Positions 55,642 to 64,000 of a DNA stretch of 64,000 bases are shown here, piece by piece. Made by a program: the position numbers and the translations under genes. The stretch is from positions 1-64,000 of IMG/VR virus record IMGVR_UViG_3300048834_000455; one strand, written 5' to 3'. Position 1 is the first letter of the stretch; each line of letters starts with the position of its first letter. The notes below the pieces were generated by a model, which worked only from the letters and a program-made list of their open reading frames with translations, was not told the origin of the DNA and did not search any database. The stretch is from a virus.

Positions 55642-55896
55642 ATGACCGAAGAAAAGCAGATCGCGGAGTGGAACCGCAAGAACGCCGAGGATAGCCCTGA
55701 CCGCCTGACCCACAAGAGGAAGCTGGCGGAGTTGGGCGAGCATTGCAACGCCATCGTGGCGCTCGTCGACGACTACTTTCAGCCGCCGAACCTGATGGCC
55801 TGGCGTGGCGATGGGGACTGGGAGGTCTTCATCCGGCGCAAGGGCAGCAGTGTCGAGTTTGGGCCGAGCGAGTGGGAAGCGGAGGAGACGTTATGA
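55642..55896 (+). CDS. Hypothetical protein
   Basis: AAGGAG RBS. Confidence 0.55.
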   Translation: MTEEKQIAEWNRKNAEDSPDRLTHKRKLAELGEHCNAIVALVDDYFQPPNLMAWRGDGDWEVFIRRKGSSVEFGPSEWEAEETL

Positions 55897-56678
55897 GCAT
55901 CTGTGGGATTTGCGCGTGCGAGAGGTGCATCTGTGCTGAAGCGGGCATAGGCTTACCTTCAGCACAGTTTGTCGCAGACATGGCCACTCGCTCGGCCCAG
56001 TTTGCCGAATCGGTCGCGCGGCACTGCGCGAAGGAGCCCGCTCCTCCCGTAGAGGTCGCCGTCGATGGAAAGATGGCTGTCAACCTCCGCTTCAGGGTAA
56101 ACGGCTGCGACGTGCCTGCCGAGCAGTTCGCCGAGGCTGTTGCGAGGACGAAGGGCGAGGGCAGCTTCCGCCACGAGATCCTCGTCGCTGACGACCTGCA
56201 CGAGCCGACGACTCCCGAGGATGAGGCGAAGGCGCGGGAGTGGTACCAGACGATAATCCCTCGCGCTGGTGGTGGAACCGCGCACCATGAATACGACGTG
56301 GCCGCGTACATCGTGGGGGACATGGTCGCGGAGGAGCGAGAGGCGTCGCCCGCCCATCTCGGATCGGGAGAGTGGATCTGCGGCATCTTTGAGGATGGAC
56401 CCGAGGGCAATAACCCGTGGGCGCGCTATGCAATGCAACTCCTGCAGGCGCTCAGGAACGCCAAGGCCGCAGACGCCAGCTTCTACAAGTGCCCGGGTGA
56501 GCGGGAGAGCACGGTGTGGGGGCACATCGAGAGAGCGCTGGCCCTGCCGATGCCGGGGGCCGACGATGCCGCCATGGTGCTCGACATCGGCTGCGAGTGC
56601 AACAAGGCTGGCCGGCCGCACAAGACGGGATGCCCGATGCCAGTCGACGAGATTGAGGAGACGAAGGGCCGTGGTTAG
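55893..56678 (+). CDS. Hypothetical Cys-rich protein
   Basis: GGAGGAG RBS. Confidence 0.5.
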   Translation: MSICGICACERCICAEAGIGLPSAQFVADMATRSAQFAESVARHCAKEPAPPVEVAVDGKMAVNLRFRVNGCDVPAEQFAEAVARTKGEGSFRHEILVADDLHEPTTPEDEAKAREWYQTIIPRAGGGTAHHEYDVAAYIVGDMVAEEREASPAHLGSGEWICGIFEDGPEGNNPWARYAMQLLQALRNAKAADASFYKCPGERESTVWGHIERALALPMPGADDAAMVLDIGCECNKAGRPHKTGCPMPVDEIEETKGRG

Positions 56679-56682
56679 CGTG

Positions 56683-57063
56683 ATGACCGAGAGCCAGTTC
56701 CAGGCACGTGCTGGCGTGGCGGTGATGGCGAAGCACCGAGGACGCTATGACCTCCTGTGGGCCAACGAGAAGGTGTTCTACAAGGGGAATGATAGCTACA
56801 CCTACCAGTACCACGGTGAGCTTGTGCCCGACCAGGTCCCGCCGAGCTTCAACGACCGCGCTCTGGCCTTCTCGCTGTGGGTGCGGCACCGCGTGTGCCC
56901 GTGGATTGACCGCGTGCTCTGGGCCATCGCTTTCCTGGGGTTCCTTGTGGGGTTCATGGCGGGCTTTGCGGAGGCTGGGTTCTCGTTGCCGGCGACACCG
57001 GGAGCGGCGGCCATCGGGTTCCTCACAGGGTGGGGCATCGCGTTTCGCACGAGGTTGCCGTGA
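56683..57063 (+). CDS. Two-TM membrane protein
   Basis: Two C-terminal hydrophobic segments. Confidence 0.5.
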   Translation: MTESQFQARAGVAVMAKHRGRYDLLWANEKVFYKGNDSYTYQYHGELVPDQVPPSFNDRALAFSLWVRHRVCPWIDRVLWAIAFLGFLVGFMAGFAEAGFSLPATPGAAAIGFLTGWGIAFRTRLP

Positions 57064-57560
57064 TCGCCACCTGCGACCGCTTCCGTCGCCCGAAGCGCTG
57101 CTATACCACGGAGATAGAGGCCAAGATTGCCATCGACGTGATGCGATCGCGCGGGACCGGCAAGGTCGGCGTTCCCTTCGCACGTGAGCGCCTGCAAAGC
57201 CTGGCCCCTTTCCAGTGCGAGGTCTGCGGCAGTTGGCACGTGGGCAGTCAGCGAGGCCTAGCGCCAAAGCTCCTTGCGTCTTCCCAGAAGCAGGCGGCGC
57301 TGGATGCCCTCGCCTCGGCGCCCGAGGAGATGCACACCTCTGCAGCGGCCGCGTTCTGCTTCGTCGGCGTGCGGCGGGTGCTCAACGCCGTCGGGCAGCA
57401 TCTCTGGCCGAAGCTCGTGGACAACGGCGGGCCCGACTACCTCTTCTCGCGGGACCAGCTTCGCGCGTGGGTTGTTGCGGGATGGCCACGGTCGTCACCG
57501 AGGGTGAGAATGCGGGTGGTGCTCGACCGGCACTTTCCTCCGAAAGAGAAGCTCGCGTGA
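57060..57560 (+). CDS. CxxCxxWH zinc finger plus HTH-like domain
   Basis: KRCYTTEIEA..PFQCEVCGSWHVG. Confidence 0.55.
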   Translation: MIATCDRFRRPKRCYTTEIEAKIAIDVMRSRGTGKVGVPFARERLQSLAPFQCEVCGSWHVGSQRGLAPKLLASSQKQAALDALASAPEEMHTSAAAAFCFVGVRRVLNAVGQHLWPKLVDNGGPDYLFSRDQLRAWVVAGWPRSSPRVRMRVVLDRHFPPKEKLA

Positions 57561-57617
57561 TGGGACCTATCGGCGGGGCTTGGCGAAGAATGTGTGAGGA
57601 TTTCGAGAGGAGACACC

Positions 57618-58181
57618 ATGATTCCAGATGAGATGCCGGCCGGGTTGGCCAGAGTGGTGCGCGGCTATGGCGCCGATTGGATGACATGGAGGCCGGGTGT
57701 AACCGACCCCACCTGGACCGCCAGGACGCATGGTTACACCTTCTGGCTGCAGGAGACGAGAGCCCTGACTACATGGCGCGAGCCTGACGTGCTGGTCGCG
57801 ATGCTAGATCACGGCTCGCGCCTTGTAGAGCGACTATTTCTCAACGTGGAGAGCTACAGCGAGACGCTCATCAAGTGGTTCAAGAAGGCCAGGATAGCCG
57901 AGCAACAAGCCAACCGCGTCGACGAAGACGCTCTGGAGATTCTCTCGGCCGGTTGGTCCGGCAACGACCCAGAGAACAGGAGCAAGGTTTCCTTTCAGCA
58001 CTGCCAAGCTGGAGAGTTGGCAATGATGGGCGTTTTCATTATGCGGCGGCAATGGCCCGGCGAACCCTGGCGCGAGGTTGACGACGGATGGCTAGACGCT
58101 GCGGGCATGGAGCGTCTAGAAACGTACTTGGCCGAGTGCAGGGCGAGGCGCGAGAAGGCAGCCGCCGAGGCCACCTCGTGA
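57618..58181 (+). CDS. Hypothetical protein
   Basis: GAGGAG RBS. Confidence 0.55.
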   Translation: MIPDEMPAGLARVVRGYGADWMTWRPGVTDPTWTARTHGYTFWLQETRALTTWREPDVLVAMLDHGSRLVERLFLNVESYSETLIKWFKKARIAEQQANRVDEDALEILSAGWSGNDPENRSKVSFQHCQAGELAMMGVFIMRRQWPGEPWREVDDGWLDAAGMERLETYLAECRARREKAAAEATS

Positions 58182-58798
58182 CCGACACCGAGAAGCTCGT
58201 CGAGCGATGCCCCGGCATGCCCGTGCATGCCGCTCACGCTATCGTGATGCACGGTGGCCAGGACCTCGCGTGGCAATGGTTCGATGCTGGTAACGTCTGC
58301 CACGCCAAAGGCGAGCGGGACCTCCTCGTGCGCGTCGAGCTTGCAGGGCGGCCGGGGCAGGAGCATGGCTATCTGTTCCAGTTTGGCAGAGGTGACGACT
58401 GGAGCGCATATCGCCAGCACTGGTTCCAGTACGAGGCGGTTGGGCACGGCGATGTCAGGCCTGCGGTGGTCGAGCTGTTCGAGCAGATGCGCACGATGGA
58501 CCCTCGCTTCCTCACGGGGCTGCCCGAGGATCTGCGGAAGATAGCCGAGCAGGCTCTCACGATGCACCGAGCCTGGGACACGGCATGGGCGGCCGGTGGA
58601 GTGAACAGCCTCTTTCTCGTCTGGGGCGATAGCGACGACATACCACGGGCGCGAATCCACTGGACCAAGCGCCACTTCGTGCAGATGTCCTACAACGGAC
58701 CAGATGACGAGGTCTTTAGCCTGCAGACGAAGGACCTTCGCTACTCTGACGACTTCGCCAAGTTCGTGCAGTGCTTCCGGGTGGAGGCCACGGTATGA
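58178..58798 (+). CDS. Hypothetical protein
   Basis: GTGA coupling. Confidence 0.55.
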   Translation: MTDTEKLVERCPGMPVHAAHAIVMHGGQDLAWQWFDAGNVCHAKGERDLLVRVELAGRPGQEHGYLFQFGRGDDWSAYRQHWFQYEAVGHGDVRPAVVELFEQMRTMDPRFLTGLPEDLRKIAEQALTMHRAWDTAWAAGGVNSLFLVWGDSDDIPRARIHWTKRHFVQMSYNGPDDEVFSLQTKDLRYSDDFAKFVQCFRVEATV

Positions 58799-59106
58799 GC
58801 GACACGATCTTGGGCGACAAGCCCGCACCCAACAGCCTCTGCGACTATGGCAACGGGCCGAACGTGACGGAGAAATACATGCTCCGCCTAATCGCTGACG
58901 ATGCCGACCTCGACAAGACGCTGGTTAGAGTTCGGTGGGAGCTTTTCTACGGCTGCCATGGCAGCACGACGACGGTGTTCAAGGGGTCCTACCCTAGCCC
59001 GGCCGAGGCGGCGCAAGCTGGAGCCGATGCTATCAAGCACCACCGAGAGGGCTTCGCCCACGCGAATGAGCTAGCGGTGTTGATGGCGAGGTACAACCGG
59101 ATATGA
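58795..59106 (+). CDS. Hypothetical protein
   Basis: GGAGG RBS. Confidence 0.55.
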   Translation: MSDTILGDKPAPNSLCDYGNGPNVTEKYMLRLIADDADLDKTLVRVRWELFYGCHGSTTTVFKGSYPSPAEAAQAGADAIKHHREGFAHANELAVLMARYNRI

Positions 59107-59888
59107 CCGCGCTCCTAACCGTCATCACGCTTCTGGCACCTCTGGCCGTGGTGGCGTTCGCGATGTGCCCTTTCTTCGCTGCGGTTTCAGAGCGTGCCCG
59201 CGAGCAGATTGACCTCGAATGGGTGCTGGTCTGTACGCTGATTGTGGTCGCGCTTCTCGGAACGTTCACCTCGGGCTGGTTCATCTCTGCCCTCTGGTAT
59301 CGACCCAATGCTCTACCGCCGCTGGTTGCCCTCGTCTGGGCCTCGCTTCTGGGCGGCTGGCTGGTGTCGATGGGGCAGCACTTCAAGCGGCACAGCCAGA
59401 TGGAGAAGGAATGGTTCGAGATGCGCCGCGCCAAGGAGGGCGCCGAGAACGCCTTGACCTGCGCGGACATGCTCGAGTGGCACCACGCTTGGTTCATCTC
59501 AGACCTTGACCTCGTTCTCCTGACGATGCTCGATGGAAAGCCCGAGGTTCTCGCCAACCTCTGGGAAGGGTGGGGCTACGATAAGCGCAACGAGGTCAGA
59601 TTTTCGCTGTGGAAATTGCAGAGGGCTGGCCTGACGGAGCTTGGCCCCAAGATCTCCTGTAGGGTTCCTGACGAGTGGACGGGTCACCTAGAAGACTCCT
59701 CCGAGCGAACGGAGACGCGAGACCGCAGCACCATCCAGACGAGCGTCAAAGGTCGCGAGACCGTGGCAAGGTGCTTCGGCAAAGGCAGGTTCTCGCCGTC
59801 GCACGCCCGCGAGTCGATAGAGGCTCAGGTCGCGGAGCGGTGGGCCAATGCGGCGTCTTGGCGCAAGTATGCGGGTGCCACCAAGTGA
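59103..59888 (+). CDS. Three-TM protein with soluble C-terminal domain
   Basis: Three N-terminal hydrophobic helices. Confidence 0.6.
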   Translation: MTALLTVITLLAPLAVVAFAMCPFFAAVSERAREQIDLEWVLVCTLIVVALLGTFTSGWFISALWYRPNALPPLVALVWASLLGGWLVSMGQHFKRHSQMEKEWFEMRRAKEGAENALTCADMLEWHHAWFISDLDLVLLTMLDGKPEVLANLWEGWGYDKRNEVRFSLWKLQRAGLTELGPKISCRVPDEWTGHLEDSSERTETRDRSTIQTSVKGRETVARCFGKGRFSPSHARESIEAQVAERWANAASWRKYAGATK

Positions 59889-60211
59889 CCGCACTACTCC
59901 TCGCTTCCGGCCTCGCCCTCTTCCTCGGCTACCGCTGGGGCCGGTGGTCACGGTTGCGGCAGTTGGTCCAGTGCTTCGGCTCCGAGCAGCTTTGCAAGCA
60001 GGAGCTGGTGACGATGGCCGAGCGGCAACGGCATCGCAACCTGCTGCGAACGGGCGACAAGGACGTGGTTGCGCTAGTTGACGCGCTGGATGAGCTTTGG
60101 ACGGACTACGTGGAGTGCGAGTGGCAGACGACTCCCGAGGGCCTGGAGCTTCGGCAGGCGCTGAAGACGGTTGCGGATGCTGTTGGCCGGCCGTTGGGAG
60201 CGTGCGCGTGA
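59885..60211 (+). CDS. Membrane-anchored hypothetical protein
   Basis: GTGA coupling; N-terminal TM segment. Confidence 0.5.
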   Translation: MTALLLASGLALFLGYRWGRWSRLRQLVQCFGSEQLCKQELVTMAERQRHRNLLRTGDKDVVALVDALDELWTDYVECEWQTTPEGLELRQALKTVADAVGRPLGACA

Positions 60212-60492
60212 TGTATCTAGCCCTCAAGGAGATAGCGTTTATGGTCGAGCATCGGCAAGAGCTTATCAACGAGATTCTCGACCAGGCGCAGACGAGCGCG
60301 GAGTCCTACGGGCACTTCCCGCAGTCAGACGTGAGCAATGTGCGGATGTGCGCTTGCATCCTCTGGGACCTCGCGCAGGCCATGGAGACGAAGCCTGCCA
60401 AGGGCGAGAAGAGGGCGTCTAGCTTCACGATATCGCCCGAAATGAAGGCGTTCCTGGAGCGGGCCTATGCGGCGGGAGAGTTGACGAGATGA
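60211..60492 (+). CDS. Hypothetical protein
   Basis: TGATG coupling. Confidence 0.5.
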   Translation: MYLALKEIAFMVEHRQELINEILDQAQTSAESYGHFPQSDVSNVRMCACILWDLAQAMETKPAKGEKRASSFTISPEMKAFLERAYAAGELTR

Positions 60493-60640
60493 GCGCTTCC
60501 GTCGGCGACATGATTCTCGTGGCTGTCTTTGCGGCTGGGTGGGCCTTCGGCCTCGGCTGGTCTCGCGGCTACCTCGCGGGCTACAAGTATTGCTACTGGA
60601 TATATAAGGGTCGGAAGTGGCCTGAGCCAGGGGACGAGGA

Positions 60641-61084
60641 GTGATGCACGTTGTAGAGGATGCTCACGCCGAGCCTGAATTCGAGATGAAGGTTCGCCTC
60701 CAACGCCTTTCCGATGGGAGCTACACGGTTCTCGGGCTGCGTCTCGACGAGGAGGACGAGAAGCACGCGCCACACGGCAAGCCGATGCTGACGGCCGTCT
60801 TTCGCTGGATGCGGCAGTTTGTGCTGCCCGGCATCAACCTCGTCGCGAAGATGAACTGGGGCTTCGGCCAGGCCATCCTGATGGACGACGCTACAGCCCT
60901 GGCGACTCAGGCGCAGTTCGATGCGCTGTCAGAGTACTCGGCGAGCTTCCCTAGCGACACCTACGTGGGCAAGGTCTGGAAGCGGCGTCACGGTGACGGC
61001 TGGCTCCTGGGCGAGTACGTCGACACGCCCGACCCGAACCTCGTGGGCGTGAAGTGGCGTGAGCTTCTGGTGGTGGAGGCATGA
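60641..61084 (+). CDS. Conserved phage protein
   Basis: FDALSEYSASFPSDTYVGKVWKR motif. Confidence 0.6.
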   Translation: MMHVVEDAHAEPEFEMKVRLQRLSDGSYTVLGLRLDEEDEKHAPHGKPMLTAVFRWMRQFVLPGINLVAKMNWGFGQAILMDDATALATQAQFDALSEYSASFPSDTYVGKVWKRRHGDGWLLGEYVDTPDPNLVGVKWRELLVVEA

Positions 61085-61416
61085 TGACCGTGACCAAGCC
61101 CACGCCGCAGACCCTCAAGCGCATCGAGGCCGAGGTGGTGCACTGGCCCGAGAAGGGTGTGTCGAACCTCGTTCAGCTTCGCCGTATCCGCGACGGCGAC
61201 CAGACGCACTACGAGGTGTATTGGCGCCGAGAGTGGCTTCACCTCGGCTGTGTTCGCAAGTATCGCGACGAGGACCACGGGTGGGTATGGGAGCAGCGTT
61301 GGCCCTGGGAGAGCGAATTCTGGGCCGCATACAAGGGCAACCGGGGCGAGGCGATCCGCGACCTCGTGCAGGTTTACGTCTACAACAACGGCACCGGCGA
61401 GGATGACGAGTCGTGA
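61081..61416 (+). CDS. Hypothetical protein
   Basis: GGAGG RBS. Confidence 0.55.
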   Translation: MMTVTKPTPQTLKRIEAEVVHWPEKGVSNLVQLRRIRDGDQTHYEVYWRREWLHLGCVRKYRDEDHGWVWEQRWPWESEFWAAYKGNRGEAIRDLVQVYVYNNGTGEDDES

Positions 61417-61718
61417 AGATTGGCGAGGCCACGAGGATAGACGACAGGTGCTTCCATCCCGCCAACCCCGACCACCGGGTCGAGCCCACGAAGGACGGCG
61501 GCTACTGCGTCTTCGACCCTGGCGGCGTGCAGATTGGCGCCGTCGCCCGAGAGAACAGCGGCACGTGGTGCTTCGCGGGTGCCATCGCTGGAGCAGGATC
61601 GTTCGCCTCGCCTCTCGCTGCTCTCGTGGCGCTGTTCGATGAGCTTTGGAAGCGCGTCGACAAGATCGCCGTCAACCGGAACCCTCGCCCCAAGGTCGCA
61701 AACGGGAGACGCAAGTGA
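61413..61718 (+). CDS. Hypothetical protein
   Basis: GTGA coupling. Confidence 0.5.
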   Translation: MKIGEATRIDDRCFHPANPDHRVEPTKDGGYCVFDPGGVQIGAVARENSGTWCFAGAIAGAGSFASPLAALVALFDELWKRVDKIAVNRNPRPKVANGRRK

Positions 61719-62116
61719 TGACCACAGAGACCGACGAAGCACCCGGCCTGGTCGCCCTCATCTTCTCGTGCATCTGCTGCGGCACGACGGAGGGCGGGCG
61801 CGTGCTCGCCTCGCTAGGGCCGTTCTGCCACCGATGCCACCAGAAGGGCGAGGACGAGCCGAAGCTTGGCCGCTACACCGAGGCCGAGCAAGCGGCGCTC
61901 ATCGACATCGCGGTGGCCAGCGGGTGGGAGCATCCGTGGCAGGTGAACCTCTGGCAGCGCGAGGTCTGGCGTGCGGCGCGAGGGCGAACGCTCAAAGGTG
62001 CGACGACGGCGCTGAAGAGGCTACTGGAGCGCAAGAGCCTGGAGCCTTGGCGGTGGGCAGACCCCGAGGGTGCGGAGTTGCTGGACTATGGGCGGCTGGC
62101 GGAGGTGAGGGCGTGA
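61718..62116 (+). CDS. Hypothetical Zn-binding protein
   Basis: CICC..FCHRC motif. Confidence 0.5.
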   Translation: MTTETDEAPGLVALIFSCICCGTTEGGRVLASLGPFCHRCHQKGEDEPKLGRYTEAEQAALIDIAVASGWEHPWQVNLWQREVWRAARGRTLKGATTALKRLLERKSLEPWRWADPEGAELLDYGRLAEVRA

Positions 62117-62583
62117 GTGAAGAGTATGACCCAGCAGATGAACGATGCTTCTGTCACGGCTACGATGTCGACTGCTGCCCGTGCGTCAACGGCGATGAGC
62201 CTTGGCCTGACGTGAGGCCCGCACTGGCCAAAGACACCGTCGAGTACGCATCCCACTTCAAGGCGTTCATGGCCCACTGTGCGGAAGGCGCCGCCGATAC
62301 CAGTAGGGCGCACCGGAAGACCTTCTGGCGCAGCGTCATGTGCCCGTGCCCGGTGGAGGGATTCCCGAGGGTCGTGCAAGTCGAGGGTCCTGCCGCTGCC
62401 CACCTCTGCGGTATGGTCGCGGTTGTGGTCGCTCTCGAGGGGCATCCGCAGTGGGGCCGAGCTTGGGTGGAGATAAAGGGCCATGAGCTTGACCGCTACG
62501 GGTTGGAGAACCTGCAGTTGGCGTTGGCTTCGGCGCACGAGGACATGGCGCACATCGAGTATGCGCCCGAGGGGGACGAGTGA
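62113..62583 (+). CDS. Hypothetical protein
   Basis: GGAGGT RBS; GTGA coupling. Confidence 0.5.
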   Translation: MSEEYDPADERCFCHGYDVDCCPCVNGDEPWPDVRPALAKDTVEYASHFKAFMAHCAEGAADTSRAHRKTFWRSVMCPCPVEGFPRVVQVEGPAAAHLCGMVAVVVALEGHPQWGRAWVEIKGHELDRYGLENLQLALASAHEDMAHIEYAPEGDE

Positions 62584-63080
62584 AGCACCTCCGCTATCTC
62601 TCCTACCTCCTTCGCCACAAGTGGTGGGTCGTGTTCGCCGCTGTGAAGATGCGCCTCTGGCCCTGGGGCCACCCTTGGCTTTGGCTGCGCCTACTCGTGC
62701 ACGACTGGAGCAAATGCTTGCCATCAGAGTGGATTCCGTATGCCGAGAGCTTCTACGGGCCGCACGAGTGGAAGGCGAGGCCGACTGAGATGAAGGCCGC
62801 CTTCAACAGAGCCTGGCTACTGCATATCCACCGGCAAGACCACCATTGGCAGCATCATTGCCTCTTGGAGGACAGTGGCGGGATGAAGGTGCTCGAGATG
62901 GGCACGGCCGCCACCTTGGAGATGGTTTGCGATTGGGCTGGAGCAGGGCGAGCTATCCAGGGTCGATGGGACCTTGGCGCGTGGTACACAGCTAACCGAG
63001 ACCGCATGCACCTTGGGCCGGAGACACGGCGGAAGGTCGAAGGACTCATAGCCCGACACTGGACGGCATCGCCACCGTGA
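62580..63080 (+). CDS. DUF5662-like HD-domain protein
   Basis: LLRHKW, LLVHDWSK, HIHRQDHHWQH and EMVCDWAGAG motifs. Confidence 0.75.
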   Translation: MKHLRYLSYLLRHKWWVVFAAVKMRLWPWGHPWLWLRLLVHDWSKCLPSEWIPYAESFYGPHEWKARPTEMKAAFNRAWLLHIHRQDHHWQHHCLLEDSGGMKVLEMGTAATLEMVCDWAGAGRAIQGRWDLGAWYTANRDRMHLGPETRRKVEGLIARHWTASPP

Positions 63081-63499
63081 GCACCACCAACTTCGAGATC
63101 ACCACCGTCATCGTGCGCCACCACGATACTGGGCAGCTCGCCCTTGCGCCCTCTCACGCCGAACTGCCTGACGGCAAGATTGCAGACGCCAGCCTGCCGC
63201 TCTTTCGCCGCCTGTTCCGCAGCATGTGGCGGATGATGCTGCCGCTCGTGTACCAGCAGCAGACCGGCGACCTGATGGTGGAGCTAGACGGCGAGGGTCC
63301 ACGCGGGCCAAGGGTGTTCCTCTCGCGCATCGACGCCGCCAACGGGCACCACTGGGCGGCTATGTCGCCAGAGGTGCAGTACCTCAACGCCTACGAGATG
63401 CGCCTTCACGCGGCGGCTCTGCTTGAGGGTGCCGACATGATGGACGCCAAGAATGCGACCGAGAATATGCTGCGGGAGACGCTGGAGGGGAAGCGTTGA
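63077..63499 (+). CDS. Hypothetical protein
   Basis: GTGA coupling. Confidence 0.55.
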   Translation: MSTTNFEITTVIVRHHDTGQLALAPSHAELPDGKIADASLPLFRRLFRSMWRMMLPLVYQQQTGDLMVELDGEGPRGPRVFLSRIDAANGHHWAAMSPEVQYLNAYEMRLHAAALLEGADMMDAKNATENMLRETLEGKR

Positions 63500-63521
63500 G
63501 AGGTGCGCGAACCCTTTGCTG

Positions 63522-63821
63522 ATGACCAGTTGGCGCCCCATCCACGAGCTTTACCTGGAAGCTGCCGAGAACTTCGACGAGATGGCCAAGCTTCGGCCGG
63601 CGACATCTGCTCTCGGGAGGAGCGGGTTCATGCTCGAGTTTCGCGGTGATGTGCTGGCTATCGTCGCTCAGCATGCGGACGGCCATTGGTGCGCGACGAT
63701 GCCCCGCAAGATGGGAGAGGCTGAGGGCAAGACGCCGCGCGAGGCGTCTATGGCACTGCTGCGGATGCTCTATCAGCGAGGCGTCGAGAGGCAAGCGCGG
63801 AGAGCGGAAAAAGCCGAGTAA
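63522..63821 (+). CDS. Hypothetical protein
   Basis: EAEGKTPREASMAL motif. Confidence 0.45.
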   Translation: MTSWRPIHELYLEAAENFDEMAKLRPATSALGRSGFMLEFRGDVLAIVAQHADGHWCATMPRKMGEAEGKTPREASMALLRMLYQRGVERQARRAEKAE

Positions 63822-63900
63822 GTTTCTCGGCGCGTGATGGGACCGATCCAAGGTGGCCGCCGAAACTCTGGAGACTAAGATTCAATAAGGAGACCAGAGA

Positions 63901-64000
63901 ATGCCTAAGACCCTGCGCCTGTCGCAAGTGATTGCCATCGAGAAGCAAGTAAAATCTCGCACCAACGGAGAGGGCGCTGAGTTGCACAAAGCCAACCAGA
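63901..64000 (+). CDS. Conserved phage protein, 3' partial
   Basis: TAAGGAG RBS; MPKTLRLSQVIAIEKQVKSR. Confidence 0.6.
   Translation, partial: MPKTLRLSQVIAIEKQVKSRTNGEGAELHKANQ

Larger units (their letters stand above)
1..64000. mobile_element. Temperate tailed phage genome segment, attP intact
   Basis: Tail/lysis, integrase, CI/Cro, recombination and replication modules in lambdoid order. Phage-type genes lie on both sides of the att core, and no host housekeeping genes are present. Confidence 0.93.

Noticed and set aside
55438-55645. Apparent frameshifted small ORF after the SNF2 gene
   Set aside because: No slippery motif; treated as a pseudogene or sequencing error. This also tempers the 11060 frameshift call.
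1-64000. CRISPR array, DGR/retron or alternative genetic code
   Set aside because: No regularly spaced repeat-spacer units and no reverse-transcriptase motif were seen, and genes tile well under the standard code.

Overview
The whole window reads as part of a high-GC temperate tailed phage in the unintegrated (attP-intact) configuration. Left to right: (1) end of the late operon, with fibre/adhesin genes, a holin-like gene and an L,D-transpeptidase-fold putative endolysin (1-6.4 kb); (2) a doubly truncated satellite/PICI-like fragment with prim-pol-DUF3987, SpoVG-like, Xis-like and regulator genes (about 6.4-10.7 kb); (3) a gene with a lambda-type G GGA AAG slippery site, a tRNA 3' remnant and a bidirectional terminator; (4) a leftward early block with duplicated promoter-operators, a promoter-to-terminator small-RNA candidate and an orphan dndB (11.6-17.4 kb); (5) a second doubly truncated satellite-like fragment (about 17.4-20.2 kb) that appears to replace the 5' half of a phage gene right behind a strong promoter and ends in a catalytic-less integrase; (6) attP carrying the 5' half of tRNA-Thr(CGT) with its own promoter; (7) integrase, ImmA, a low-GC two-gene candidate defence cassette and a CI/Cro switch; (8) a long rightward early/middle region with Sak4-like ATPase, SSB, DUF5131, three DNA methyltransferases, primase-helicase, an O-like initiator with iterons, SNF2 helicase and many small hypothetical genes. 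All family assignments come from motifs recognised by eye; no database search was run.
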